Positions 12,102 to 25,400 of a stretch of DNA of 64,000 nucleotides are shown here, piece by piece. The stretch comes from Reclinomonas americana ATCC 50394. Taxonomy: Eukaryota. Each line of letters opens with the position of its first letter. The stretch's first letter is position 1. A program made the translations under genes and the position numbers. The notes beneath the pieces are model-generated. The model made no database searches and was not told the origin of the DNA. It saw only the letters and a list, made by a program, of their open reading frames with translations. Where the stretch lies: positions 10,679-74,678 of the forward strand of contig PS015097.1 in NCBI GenBank assembly GCA_048213135.1. Reading direction: 5' to 3'.

Positions 12102-14359
12102 ATGCGGTCGCCATCGTCGCCGCCCTCGTCGTCTTCCGCGCGGCACACTCCGCCTGCGCTTGTTGTGATGCGTGCTGGAGGCTCGATCAATGACGGAGGC
12201 ACTGCTGGTGATGTTGAGCGGAGACTGGCATTCGACGACAGTGATGAGTTGCAGGTGTTGGAGACGGATCGTCTGTTGTCGTCGCCACTGGCGCATGATG
12301 ATGAGCAGCATCAGCAGCAGCATGTGGCGGGTAGTGCGGCACGTGCTGCTGCTCCTCATCAGCATCACTTGAAGCCGCCTCCTGCGCATGGGCAGCGGTC
12401 GTATGGGAGCACGGGATCGATTGGACTCGGGCATGCTCCGCTGGAGGTGGGCGACGGCGATGATGATGATGAGCGGTCAGTGACGCCACCACTGGATCGC
12501 GGAGATGGGGATTCGGCGGGACCGTTGCGTCTTTTGTTTCACGTGCATGTGCGGATGTGATATCGGAGGAATGAGAGAGTGATCATGGGTATGCGCAGAC
12601 CGGGCTCGGAGAATAGAGCAGCACGAGGGCAGGGCCGCTTTGCCACAGTTGACGATGTGGTGGTGCGCAAGCCGTACACGCCGAATTCCAAGCAGCCGAT
12701 GTTTCATCGTGTCAAGGTGCGCGCGGTAGTTGTCCGCGCTGTTCTGCGCGTGGTTTTTTCTTCTCACCACGGCAGTGTGTGTGTGCGCAGTACTATGGCA
12801 AGCTGGCGTCGCATGCGGCGTTCCACTCCGACACGAGTATGGCGTCGAAAGACGGCGACAGCCTGATCATGCCGCTGCACATCATGAGACCACCGCCGCA
12901 TGTGTTGCCGTCGGAGATGTTTCTGGTGCAGAGTCCGTTTGTGGCGCCGTCGACAGACGGGAAGCAGGGCTCCATCGCCATCATCTTCTCCATCTGGAAC
13001 ACCATGGTCGGTTCCACCATTCTGTCGATGCCGTGGGCGTTTGCGCAGAGCGGTCTGTTGATGGGCATTGGCATCTTTTTCCTGATCTTGGCCGTCGCGT
13101 ACTACACCGCCACGCTGATTCTGCGGCACGGCGACAACAAGCACGACTTCAGCGAGGTGTGCGTGGAGTACATTGGCCAGTGGACGCAAGTGGTCACGCT
13201 GTCGCTGAGCTCGGCGGTGCTACTGGGTGCCAGTTGCGTGCCGCCGCTGACATTCGCATCTCAGGAAAGCAACGTCAACTCATGTCGTGTCGTGTGTGTT
13301 TCCGTGGTGGCAGCCATTGTGTATCACGTAATCATGTCGCAGACGTTCTACTCGGTGATTGTGGCCTTCCGCGACGCCATCCACAGCGATCCGAATGACG
13401 GCTGGTGGACGCCGGCCATTGCCGCCTGCACGGTATTAGTGGTGCTGGTGCCGCTGTTACACATCAAGAAGGTATCGTTCCTGGTCAAGTTCAACTCGTT
13501 CGGCATCCTCTTTGTGATCCTGCTGGTGTCGTTCATCGTGGTGGAGAGCATCATGCACTCCAGCGACGTGATCGACAACAAGCCGCGACCGGAGATCGAG
13601 TTGTACAACAGTTGTGTCTCCTCGCCACCCACCACCGCCTTTGTGCATTCGACACTGATATATCGTCGTGCAGGCCAATGGGCGCACTTGTGCGGTGTGC
13701 TAAGTCTGTCGTTCTTCATTCACAACGGCATCCTGCCAATCATGAAGAATGCGGCGCGGCCGGAGAACAACCGGCGCGATCTGGCGATTGCCTTTGCGCT
13801 CTCGGGTCTCTGCTACTTTATCCCCGGCGCCATTGCGCAGTGGGGCTTCCGTGGCGAGACGATTGAGCAGAACTTTTCGACGCACTTTGGCGCCGACGAC
13901 CTGCTGGCTTTGTGCGCTCGTCTCAGCGTGTTCTTCCAGCTCGGCACCGTGTACCCGCTGCTGGTCTACCTCATCCGCACACAAATCTACGGCTACATTT
14001 TCAAGGACGCATGGCCGAACTGGGGCTGGGTGATTTTGTTGAACGCCGTGGTTCTCGGTAAGTGCCTTGCACGCTGCTTTTTCGAGTGGTGCACGGCGCG
14101 CTAAACGGTAGTCATGCTTGTTGCACACACAGCAACCACCACGTGCTTCAGTGTGTTTTACCCGTACATTGGCACCATTCTGCGGTTCACCGGTGCCTTC
14201 TCCGGTCTCATCTACATGTACGCCTTCCCGGTGGTGGCACACTGGCGGGCCCTGAGGCAAAAGGACCCCAGCAAGCGACCGCCCATGGCGTGGACGTATA
14301 CTCTCGGAACAATAATCATTGGTCTCGGCCTGGCCACGGTGGCCATGCAATTCATCTAA
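12102..14359 (+). CDS. SLC38A9: SLC38A9-like lysosomal amino-acid transporter/sensor
   Basis: IFSIWNTMVGSTILSMPWAF, KFNSFG, GVLSLSFFIHN, PENNRRDL, IEQNF and FQLGTVYPL. N-terminal RVKYYGKL and PPPHVLP motifs. Five introns restore the frame. Confidence 0.88.
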
Positions 14360-14561
14360 AGCGGTAGATTATCTCTTTCTTTTCTTTCTATTTTCTTTGT
14401 TGTTGCGGCTGCGCTACCTCATGCACACATTCATAAATACGAAGCGTACGTATCATACGATGGTGGTGACGTCGAGGACGGCCGGGCATGACAACGCAAA
14501 GCCGGAGTTCAGCGCGAGACAACACCGCTCACTCCGTGTGCGTGCGTGCGTGTGTGCGAGA

Positions 14562-15865
14562 ATGGGACTCTTGCGGGAGGTGCTCGCCACCGCCAAGGGC
14601 CTCGCCTTTGGCACTGGCATGGTGTGTTTTGTCTGAGTGTGTGTGTGTGCAAGAAGATTCGCGCGATTCACTGTCTCTCGTGTCAAGATGTCCATGTTGT
14701 TCGGGCTGAACGTGTTGCAAGTAGCAAGCTATGCCGCGTACCCGATTCCATCCATGCAGCTTCCGGTGCATCGCTTCAACTCGCGCCTGGCCGAGTTCTT
14801 TTGGTCGATTTACATTCGGTGAGGCCGTGGAGGAGAATCACACACGCAGCTGTCTGTGTGTGTATGTCTGACCTGTGTGTCATGCACGTGTAGATACGCC
14901 AAGCACACGGCCGGCATGCGATTCCGCATCACTGGTGATCGGATTCAACGACTCCCCGATGGAAAGGTAGCAATCTAATCATTCCCTGCCTCTTCATTTG
15001 TGCTAACTGGATGTGCTGCCGTCGCTCGGGGCCAGCCCGAGTCGGCGTTTGTGATTTGCAATCATCGGACGTGGACCGATTGGCTGGTGCTGTTCGTGAT
15101 CGTGCACCGGTACCGCGCTCTGTCATACAGCAAGCTGTTTCTGAAGGACGCGCTGCGATGGTTGCCCGGCGCCGGCATTGGGATGAAGCTTATCGGCTTT
15201 GTGTTTGTCAAGCGCAACTGGGAGCGCGATCGGGCCTCCATCCAGGCGGCCTTCAAGTTCCTCCTGCGGGCGCGGGAGCACGGCATTCCGCTGTGGATGG
15301 TCTCGTTCATCGAGGGAAGCCGACTCACGGCCCGCAAGCTGAAGGCGTCGCAACAGTTTGCGGAGAAGGCCAAGCTGCCGACTCTGAAGCATCTGCTGCT
15401 GCCGCGCCACCGTGGATTCGTGGCGTTGCGTCTCCCTGTGTGTGGGAGAACGAAAGGTGTGACGGCTCCTCACTCACCCACCCCGTCTCTGCAGCTCAAT
15501 GCAGGCACTCGCGGGCAAGCTCGACTCGGTGATCGACGTGACGATTGGCTACCCGACCGACGACGGCAAGGATGCTGGCCACCCGAACCGTGTGCCGTCG
15601 CTCGCCGAGGTGGCCAAGGGACGCGGTAACACCGAGGTGATTAGCAGCACAATTCTTCTCCATCTCTGTCTCCCTCCTCATGCCGACGCACGTGCAGGTG
15701 CACATGCACGTGCGGCGATTTGCCATTCGCGATGTGCCGACCAACGAGCCCGACAAGTTGCCAAAGTGGCTGATGGATCGCTTCCGCGAGAAAGACGAGC
15801 TGCTGGATCGCTTCCAAAAGACCGGCTCGTTCACTGACGATCCTTTCGCGCGCTGGGACCCTTAA
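14562..15865 (+). CDS. Lysophospholipid acyltransferase (LPAAT/LCLAT1-like, PlsC family)
   Basis: NHRTWTD (NHxxxxD), FVFVKRNW, FIEGSR, HLLLPR..GF and DVTIGY motifs. Confidence 0.9.
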
Positions 15866-16262
15866 CATAATCCGCGTGTACAATGGAAAACTACAAAGCT
15901 GCATGATCGATCTTTATGTTTTTTTCTGTGGATAATAGATTACAGAACCACACAACGAGGGCCGGCAGGCGTAAAGAGACACAATAGATGGGGGGAGAAG
16001 AGGGAGCACGGCATGCTAAGGTTGGGGCAGACTAACTTGGAACGACTGACACACCACACCAAAATGACATAACTGAAGAGGGAGGCACAAAGTACAACAA
16101 CAACACAACTCAAACAAGAAACACAAGCACAACAACAAGAACAAGAACACAACACACACACACTCACTAGCTCGCACGCACACTGCGTTTCACGAGCAAG
16201 GACGCTAATGAATACAAGCCACGCACACACGCAACACAAATCGATATGTGTGCGGAGGTCAA

Positions 16263-18173
16263 TCACGGAAGACGGGCCAGGAAATCGCGTTTCTGGGCCT
16301 CGCTGATCAGCAAGTCAAACGACAGCTCATACATCAGCAGCCGTTCGTACGTGGCCACCTCGCTGCGCGGCAACGACGACAGCGCCGAGAAGACTGCCAG
16401 TCCTGTATTGTTCGAAAAACGAGCAACCGAGTTTAGCAAGCGCGCAAGAGGGAGAAGAGGGAAGAGAGATACAACAGGTACCGCACCAGCAGGGCCCGCG
16501 TCCTCCCAGAACTTGAAGGCAACCAGCAGTGCCGTGAGCAACAGCTTGTGCACATTGTGTGGCGTCAGCACCGAGCCACGACGAGCGCACAGGCGTTCCA
16601 GATATATGGCCGCTGCGACAAAGACACAGACACGAGGGTGAGCGAGGGGGAGAGGAGGGCGTAATGACGTATATGGTCAAAAAAACCACAAATCGAACAC
16701 CATACGTGAGACATGTGACACCGACATGGAGAAAAAATGAATCCTGCAGTCACACACAACAAGTCTCGCACTCCGCCAAAAGACACTGCGATTCGCACAC
16801 GCACTCTCACAGACACGCACACACAGATACAAACTAGCACGCACTCCAACACAAGAGCACGCAGGGAGAGAGAGATGCGCGTTGGCAGACAAACACCCCC
16901 GGAGCGCGAACAAATTTCTCCAACGTCACTTGCTCTCTCTTCACCCGCTCTCCTCCCCAAGACACAACTGCCACACACACTTGCCACACAGGCACTCCCT
17001 CATAACAACAACACAACGAAAAAGGCAGAAAAACAAGAAGCGCACAATTCTAAAGCAAAACACGCGCGCGCCAAACAACAAGACACACTCGCTCTCTCTC
17101 CTCTCTTGTTCTCTCTCTGCGTCAGCCACCCACTCACCAGCCACGGCCAGAGAAGGCGAGCAACGCAACGCGCACATCAAGCGCCACTGATACAGTCCCG
17201 GAGACAGCGACGGAATCGCACACGAGTGATACACCGCCAAACGCGCGCGCACATCCGCCGCCGCCGCCGCCGCCACCACCACTAGTGGCGGTGCCTCCAG
17301 TGTGGGTGTAGTCGTCGCCGTCGACGTTGTTGCTGTCACAGGCATGGAGGACTTGACTGTGCGCGCCAGATGCCGACCGAGTCGCCGCAACAGCGACTTA
17401 TCCTCACTGCTCATACGCTCCTCGTCATCGTCGTTGTCAACATCCTCACCGCTCATCAACGACGAGGGCGACATGGGCTCCTCCTCATCATCGTCCACAT
17501 CATACTCCTCCTCGTCATCGTCATCATCGTCGAGCCACGCGGGCAGTGGCGACGACGAGGCCGACGACGACGACGAGGTGAGCGAGAGACGCGAGGGCGA
17601 CACCTGCTGCTGCAGAAAGGCCGCCACTGCCGCATGGCCAGAGAAGGTAAACGAGCGCGGACGACGCGGAGGGTGCGCCACCTGCTCCAACAACACCGTC
17701 TTTGCCGCCACCGCAGCAGCAGCCGCCTCGTCATTGTCGAGCTCGTCGTCGTCCTCCTCTTGCTCCTCCTCCTCGTGCTCCTCCTCCACGTCCTCCAGAA
17801 GCAGTCTCCTCGGCTGTTGCTGCTGTTGCTGATAGGCAGGCGTGCACCGCCAGCTCTGTCGGCGATGATGCGCGGCGGGTTTCGGCAAGTTCTCCAGCGA
17901 CACTGACCGCTGTCGCACACTGACGCCCATGCCACCTCCTGTGCCACTCGTCAGCTCCTTGAGCGGAGGGCGCCAATCCACAGTGGCCTGCTGGTGATGC
18001 TGATGATGACGACGGTGTCTCCGTAATGGCGGCTGCGGCGGCTCATCGTCGTCGTCGTAGATCAGAAAGTGCTGTGGAGATGGTCGATGATGCGCATGGT
18101 GGTGGTGGTGGTGATAGTGGTGGTGATAGTGTGGATGGTGATGCTCCGGCGTCGGCGACAGCACTCGCAACAT
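16263..18173 (-). CDS. Cyclin of the PHO80/cyclin-U type with a long acidic, low-complexity N-terminus; internal exon structure uncertain
   Basis: Cyclin-box motifs AAIYLERL, LTPHNVHKLLLTALLVAFKFWED and EVATYERLLMYELSFDL. Confidence 0.65.
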
Positions 18174-18400
18174 GCTTCTTGCTTTATCCGGGTCACCGCG
18201 CGCACCACCAGTGACTACAGGTCGCGCGTTCTCGTCGGCCACCTCCACTGACGTCACTCCAAACCGACGCGTAATGGTGCGGTGCCAAAACACAGTCAAA
18301 CACGGCTCCCCGCGCGCGCAGATATGAAAAACACGATGAGGACTGCTCGCGGCCGGCCTTTGTCCTCCCCTTATCAATCACACACAGCAGCACAAAAGAG

Positions 18401-19331
18401 ATGGCGACGCAGGCCGGCCCCGATCTGATCTGGAGCGTGATCAAGAAGAACAACGCGTTCGTCCTGACCCGACGCAATGGCGTGAGCATGGTGCGTGCGT
18501 GTGTGTGTGTAGCGAGTGTTGCATGTCGTGATGTCCGTCGTGCTCACAAGGTGGCTCTTGCGCTTGTTTTTGTAGTCTCGTGAGCAGGGCAACCTGATCA
18601 ACAAGAACTCGTTCAAGCACTCGTTGCGTAGCGGGGGGTGGCGGTGAAGCGGTGGTGGTGTGCGTGGAGAGTGTGCATGTCGCATCAACAACATGCAGCA
18701 CGCCCGCGCGCCCTCTCTCTCTGTGCGCGCTGTCGTTTCGCTCTGCGTGTGCTGCTGTTGTTGTTGTGCATCGGTTCACTCGTCTTTTGACGTGTCTTTG
18801 GTGATTGTGGATGATGGTGATGATGATGGAGTGAGAGTCATGGCGACTGACTGTGAATGATGATTGTGTGCGTGCAGCGCACTCGTGAACCGCCGCGTGG
18901 TCGGTGTGCAGCTGACTGAGAACAACAAGGTTCATACCATTAGTCATGCCCAACCGCTTGTGTGTGTGTGTGTGATTACAGCGACTGATTGCCCTTCCCT
19001 CATTGTAGCTGAAGCTGCTGAAGGCCAGCGCCACCGGCAAGGGCCTGCGCCAGCCGGCCAAGCGCTTCTCGGCCACCGGCCTGCACTCGTCCAACTTCGC
19101 CAAGGTCGCCAAGGCTGTCCTCGGCGCCGTGCACTTCTACCGCTACGACGTGAAGAACGCCGCGCTGGCCCGCGCTGTCAAGCTGCACAAGCTGCAACAG
19201 GTTTGCCTCGCACTCACCCACACACACGCACACTCATAGTATCAGCTTGCCCACCCGCCAACCCGCTGCTGCTGTAGAATCTGAGCCACCGCAAGAAGAA
19301 GGGAGACAAGAAGAAGGCGTCGACTGCTTGA
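18401..19331 (+). CDS. RPL28: 60S ribosomal protein L28 (eL28)
   Basis: DLIWSVIKKNNAF, SREQGNLINKNSFKHSALVN and FYRYDVKNAALAR. Four GT-AG introns. Confidence 0.93.
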
Positions 19332-19612
19332 GCAGGCGTATGTGCATGTTTGCTGTTTGCGGACTGCTGGGTGCGAGGTGCTTGGACGAGGATGGCAGCG
19401 CAGGGATGTTTCCTTTCGACTCTTTGCAGGGTGGGAAACGCTTGCGCGGTGCGCTTCAACTGGGTGCAACGTGACCGGGAGGATCGTGGACACCATAATG
19501 TGTGTGTGCTGTTTGCGAGAGTGAACTCGATTATGCTGCTACTTTGGGTCTGGGTGTGGGGGGTGGGGTGAAGCACTCCTCTCTCATGCAGCGATTCATT
19601 CTTCGATGATCA

Positions 19613-19911
19613 TCAAAGCCTCGGAGGCACCTGCGGCGGCTGCACGCCATACTCCCTCATCAGCTTCTCCCAGTGCTCCTTGCCGAGGCGACCGTCATTC
19701 GGCACACGGAATCCCATGTACTCGAGCATCGGCGTCGACAGCAGCGAGTGCATAAAGGTGAAGAGCGCCAGAATGAGCACCACACGCAACACGCCCCACA
19801 CCACGGGATGCCGAGTCGCCCACGTCTCCACCACCACCTCCTGCTGCTGCTGCTGCTGCATCTCTGGCACACCATCCTTCACCGGAGCATCAGCAGCAGC
19901 AGCAAGAGCAC
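19613..19911 (-). CDS. 3' part of a small hypothetical membrane protein; 5' end lost in a gap
   Basis: Open frame with GC3-rich codons, one hydrophobic helix (VVWGVLRVVLILALFTFMHSLL) and a stop at 19613. Confidence 0.55.
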
Positions 19912-20506
19912 TAGNNNNNNNNNNNNNNNNNNNNNNNNNNNNNNNNNNNNNNNNNNNNNNNNNNNNNNNNNNNNNNNNNNNNNNNNNNNNNNNNNNNNNN
20001 NNNNNNNNNNNNNNNNNNNNNNNNNNNNNNNNNNNNNNNNNNNNNNNNNNNNNNNNNNNNNNNNNNNNNNNNNNNNNNNNNNNNNNNNNNNNNNNNNNNN
20101 NNNNNNNNNNNNNNNNNNNNNNNNNNNNNNNNNNNNNNNNNNNNNNNNNNNNNNNNNNNNNNNNNNNNNNNNNNNNNNNNNNNNNNNNNNNNNNNNNNNN
20201 NNNNNNNNNNNNNNNNNNNNNNNNNNNNNNNNNNNNNNNNNNNNNNNNNNNNNNNNNNNNNNNNNNNNNNNNNNNNNNNNNNNNNNNNNNNNNNNNNNNN
20301 NNNNNNNNNNNNNNNNNNNNNNNNNNNNNNNNNNNNNNNNNNNNNNNNNNNNNNNNNNNNNNNNNNNNNNNNNNNNNNNNNNNNNNNNNNNNNNNNNNNN
20401 NNNNNNNNNNNNNNNNNNNNNNNNNNNNNNNNNNNNNNNNNNNNNNNNNNNNNNNNNNNNNNNNNNNNNNNNNNNNNNNNNNNNNNNNNNNNNNNNNNNN
20501 NNNNNN

Positions 20507-21156
20507 ACAGCCCGAGACCACCTTTCGACAGCGGAGTGTAGAGGAAGGGTGTGCCGGAGTCGTTGTCGAGGCCAAGGCAGAGTCGGATGCTGTCGCGGAT
20601 CTTGCGGTCGAATCTGGGGAGCACGTCCGGCTGAAGCTCCACGGCCGAAATGACAAAGGTGGCCTTGGGGAGGACGAAGCGGCGAACGGCATCCACTTTC
20701 TGGAGCGGCAACAGCGACGACTGCTTGATGGCCTCGGTCGGAGTGAAGAGCTGCTTCTCCAGCATCTCCGCCACTTGCTTCTTCGCCTCACTTGTACGAG
20801 TCGGTGAGTAGAACGGGTAGCCAAGCCAACGATCGCACTCAGTGACAGATGACATGGATCGCAACGCGGTGCCAGCCATCAGCAGCTCGGGATCGAACTC
20901 CTCCGCCACAAAGTTCTGCGCCTGCATTGGACCAGTCGGCTTGTTCCGAGCACGCAGAGCCAACACCAATGACTTCTGCGAGTTGTTGGCGATGCCAGAC
21001 CACACTCAGCCAAGCGCTTGGACAGATCCAGGACCAGCTGCGCCTCACACGAACGGAAGACACCACCACGTGACGATCATCGGCAAAGGCAGAAACACAC
21101 ACACGAATGTCGGAATCACAGAAAGAGTAACCAACACGAAGGGCGCGGGCGCCACG
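20507..21156 (-). mobile_element. Non-LTR retrotransposon reverse-transcriptase fragment (RLE-type, R2/NeSL-like), frameshifted and isolated between two gaps
   Basis: VSAFADD catalytic motif, GIANNSQKS, RWLG, and thumb motifs LLPLQKVDAVRRFVLPK...FDRKIRDSIR...FLYTPLSKGGLGL. Confidence 0.8.
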
Positions 21157-22061
21157 NNNNNNNNNNNNNNNNNNNNNNNNNNNNNNNNNNNNNNNNNNNN
21201 NNNNNNNNNNNNNNNNNNNNNNNNNNNNNNNNNNNNNNNNNNNNNNNNNNNNNNNNNNNNNNNNNNNNNNNNNNNNNNNNNNNNNNNNNNNNNNNNNNNN
21301 NNNNNNNNNNNNNNNNNNNNNNNNNNNNNNNNNNNNNNNNNNNNNNNNNNNNNNNNNNNNNNNNNNNNNNNNNNNNNNNNNNNNNNNNNNNNNNNNNNNN
21401 NNNNNNNNNNNNNNNNNNNNNNNNNNNNNNNNNNNNNNNNNNNNNNNNNNNNNNNNNNNNNNNNNNNNNNNNNNNNNNNNNNNNNNNNNNNNNNNNNNNN
21501 NNNNNNNNNNNNNNNNNNNNNNNNNNNNNNNNNNNNNNNNNNNNNNNNNNNNNNNNNNNNNNNNNNNNNNNNNNNNNNNNNNNNNNNNNNNNNNNNNNNN
21601 NNNNNNNNNNNNNNNNNNNNNNNNNNNNNNNNNNNNNNNNNNNNNNNNNNNNNNNNNNNNNNNNNNNNNNNNNNNNNNNNNNNNNNNNNNNNNNNNNNNN
21701 NNNNNNNNNNNNNNNNNNNNNNNNNNNNNNNNNNNNNNNNNNNNNNNNNNNNNNNNNNNNNNNNNNNNNNNNNNNNNNNNNNNNNNNNNNNNNNNNNNNN
21801 NNNNNNNNNNNNNNNNNNNNNNNNNNNNNNNNNNNNNNNNNNNNNNNNNNNNNNNNNNNNNNNNNNNNNNNNNNNNNNNNNNNNNNNNNNNNCTGGCTTG
21901 TGACGAGACGGAGAATTGCAGGTGAGCGTGTTGAGAGAGAGAGAAAGAGCGAAAGAGAGTGCGTCTGTGTGCATGTTTGCTTGTTTTGCATTCAGCGTGT
22001 GCGTGTTTGTGTTTGTGTGAACATCTCTCACACTTCACACTCACTCACACTCACACAGAAG

Positions 22062-22398
22062 ATGGACATGGACTTGCTGACTGCAGCGCTCTTTGACGAG
22101 GGTGCCTATGAGGTTCCGCGCGACTTGGACGCGGTCTTCAAGGACGAATGCGTGTGCACATGCGCTGACCAAGTTGCATTCACTGTTGTCTCACTCTCTT
22201 TCTCTCTTGTCTCTCTCTCACTCACTCTGTGTGTGTGTGTGTGTGTTTGCAGGAGTCTGTGGAGGGCGTGTTTGTGTCACTCAAATCGCACGAGGCATAC
22301 TCGATTGAAAAGGCCCGCGAATTCTACGCGCAGACCAATGCACCCTTCTTTGTCAACTTCAAGAAGCGCCTGGTGCAGGTACTTGCACACTTGTCACA

Positions 22399-22431
<33 letters not shown>

Positions 22432-25400
22432 TGGAATCTGTCACTTGTCTTTCTCCGTGTCTCTTTACTGCTGCTCCCTCTCCCTCCTTTTACTGCTGTC
22501 TCTCCTTCCTCTCAGCGTTACCCCTCCTCTGTCCCTCTCCTTTCCCCTTTCTGTCCTTTCTCTCCCTTGTCTCCCTTCTCTCCCTTCTTCTTCCTCTTTC
22601 CCTCTTCTCTCTCTCCCTCCCATTACTGCTATCTCCTTCTCCTCTCCCTTCTCCCCTTCCCTTTCTCCTTTCTCTCCTTCCTCTCCTTTCTCCTTTCTCT
22701 CCTTTCTCTCCCTTGTCTCCCTCTTCTCTCTCTCTCTCTCCCTCCCTCCCTTTACTGCTCTCTCTCCTTCTCCTCTCCCTTCCCCCCTTCCCCTTCCTTC
22801 TCTTCTCCCTTACCCCTTCCCCCTCCCACCCAGCTGACGGAAGAGGAGAAGGCGGCACGAGAGGCCGAGGTGCGTTCGTGGTTCGAGGCCACTGGTCAGA
22901 TCAAGCTGGATGCCGCGGCCCCGACGTACACGGAGACGCACACGCTGGTGTTTGCGCACTGGAACGAGGGCACAGTGGCGTTTGAGCCGGTGTCGGAGGA
23001 TGTGCTGGCCATTGCTCCGCAGGTGTGCGGTGGTGTGCGACGACCATTTTTCTCTCGTTGTGTTGCTGATGTGTGCGTAGGTGGCGGAGATTGTGCAAAA
23101 GCTGGTGGAGGTGCCGTCGGCGGAGGTGCGCGACCATGCTGCTGCGTACCAGAGTGAATTGACGACGCATCCCGACATTGAGAACATGGTGCAAGAGGTG
23201 AGTGCATTCCGCCTGCGGTGGTGTGTGGCGAGTCGGGTTGTGAGCGTGCACACAGGGCGAAGCGGGAGCCATCAACATTCCCGCGATGATGGCCGCCCCT
23301 GGCGGACTCAAGTGCCAGCACCCCGACTGCGACATCACCTCGGGTCTCTGGCTCTTCCTGCAGGACGGCTATGTGGGCTGCAGTCGTCAGCAGTACGGAT
23401 CGAGCGACCCCGGACGTGGGCACGCCATGCAGCACTGGACCGACACTGGCAAGTCGGTTCGTAAACTCTTTGTGTTCTGTCGTGCAGGGTGCGTGTGCCT
23501 TAACTCTCTCTCTCTTTTTGGTTGTGACAGGTGGCTGTCAAGTTGGGCACCATCTCGCCCGAGGGCCGCGCCGACGTGCACGTGTACACGGACGACGATG
23601 AGCACTACGATCCGCAGCTGGGCAAGCATCTGGCGCACTTTGGCATTGATCTGGCGTCGGCCACCAAGACCGAGCGCAGCATGGCGGAAATGGAGCTGGA
23701 CTGGACGTTGGCGTACGAGCAGAATGTGATCTCGGAGGGCGGCAAGGATCTGGTGCGCGTCGGTGGCCCGGGTCTCACCGGCCTGCGCAACATTGGCAAC
23801 TCGTGCTACATTGCCTCGGTGTTGCAGACGCTCTTTTCGCTGCCTGCCTTCCAGGAGCGGTGAGGCAATGATCTTATGTATCTCTCTTTTTCTCTCATTT
23901 TTCCCCACTCATCTTCGGTCGATTGTGACGACAGGTACTTTGGACGTCGTGTGGATGCACAGAATGGTGGACCGGTTGTGGAGCCGGCGGTGAACAATCC
24001 GTTCTCATTCGGCGGTGAGTTCCGATGCGAGAGGCAGCATGCATCGAGTGCTTGCGTGTGCTCACTGTACCGAACAGGTGCTCGTGCCCCGCGCTCACTC
24101 GAGTGCCAGCTGCGCCGCATCGCCGAGGGACTGCTCTCCGGTCACTACGTGTGGAGCGAGGACCGTCTCAGGTTCATTTCGCCTGGCTTTCTCGCTCTTA
24201 TCTTTCTCTGTTCTTACAAACGCTCGCCTCGTGTGCACAGCATCACCCCGCGACTGTTGAAGAAGGTGATTGGCGCCAACCATCCCGAGTTCAACGGACC
24301 GCACCAGCAGGTACAATCATGCGCGCGTACTTGCTTCTCGAATCAGTGCTCATCGGCATTTTGCAGGACGCATTCGAGTTTATGCAGTACCTGGTGCAGC
24401 AGATTGAGCGAGCGGACAGGAAGCACGAGAAGAAGGTGGCAGATGTGTTCCGCTTCAGCATGCAGCAGCGCATCCAGTGCGTGACCACGCTGGTGAGCTC
24501 TGTCGCCCCCACACCGTCGTTCCCGTGTGTTCCGCCTCACTTAAGACGCGCGATAAAACAATCAGCGTACCCGGTACTCGACCACAGAGCAGACGTCGTT
24601 GACATTGCCGATTCCGGTGGAATCCGAGCCGCCGCCACCGGGCGAGGAGCGTCAGCCCCCGCGTGTGTCCATCGAGGACTGCGTGCGTGCGTGCTTCGAG
24701 GACGCCATGGTGCAGGCGACCATTGGACGCGACGAGCGCACCACAGCCACATCGTTGCGTTTCGGCACACGTAAGCTGTTCTTTTCGCCGTGCACCCAAT
24801 CACTCATTGTGCAACCTGCACAGGCAAACACGCTTCAAGACCTTCCCCGACATTTTGGTGTTCCAGATGGGCCGATTCACGTTCCGGAACATGCAAGTTG
24901 GCAAGAATGGTACGCGCTACTGTCCCCCCCTCGCACACGTCGTTCTGCTTGCTTGCTTGCCTGCGTGGCCTCAACGCTGCTCCTCGTTTAGATGCCGTGG
25001 TCGACGTTGGCAACGGCCTGTTGGACATGACTCCGTACCTGGCCGCCCCGCCTGGAGCCGACGAGATTCCGCTGCCTGACGAACCCGGTGCCGCTGCAGG
25101 TGGTGCGGCAGGTGGAGCTGCCGCTCCTCAGGTCGACCAGGAGATTGTCGATGCTTTGATGGCCACTGGATTCGGCCTCAACCCGTCCCGCCGGTGAGCA
25201 GCCTGTCGCTCACTTGTCGGTAGACTGCATCGCCGCTGACACCGAGTCCCATCACAGTGCGGCTCACGAGACCGGCAACAGTGGCGCCGATGCTGCGCTC
25301 ATGTGGCTGCTCGACCACAGTGGCGATGCCGACATTGAGACGCCGCTGGAGCAGCTGGTTGGTGGAGGCGATGCTGGTGGTGCGGGCGCCGCTGCAGGAC

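Noticed and set aside
18623-18877. Possible C/D snoRNA in the long RPL28 intron (TGATGA...CTGA)
   Set aside because: The boxes are only about 30 nt apart, TGATGA is part of a (GAT)n run, and CTGAC is probably the branch point.
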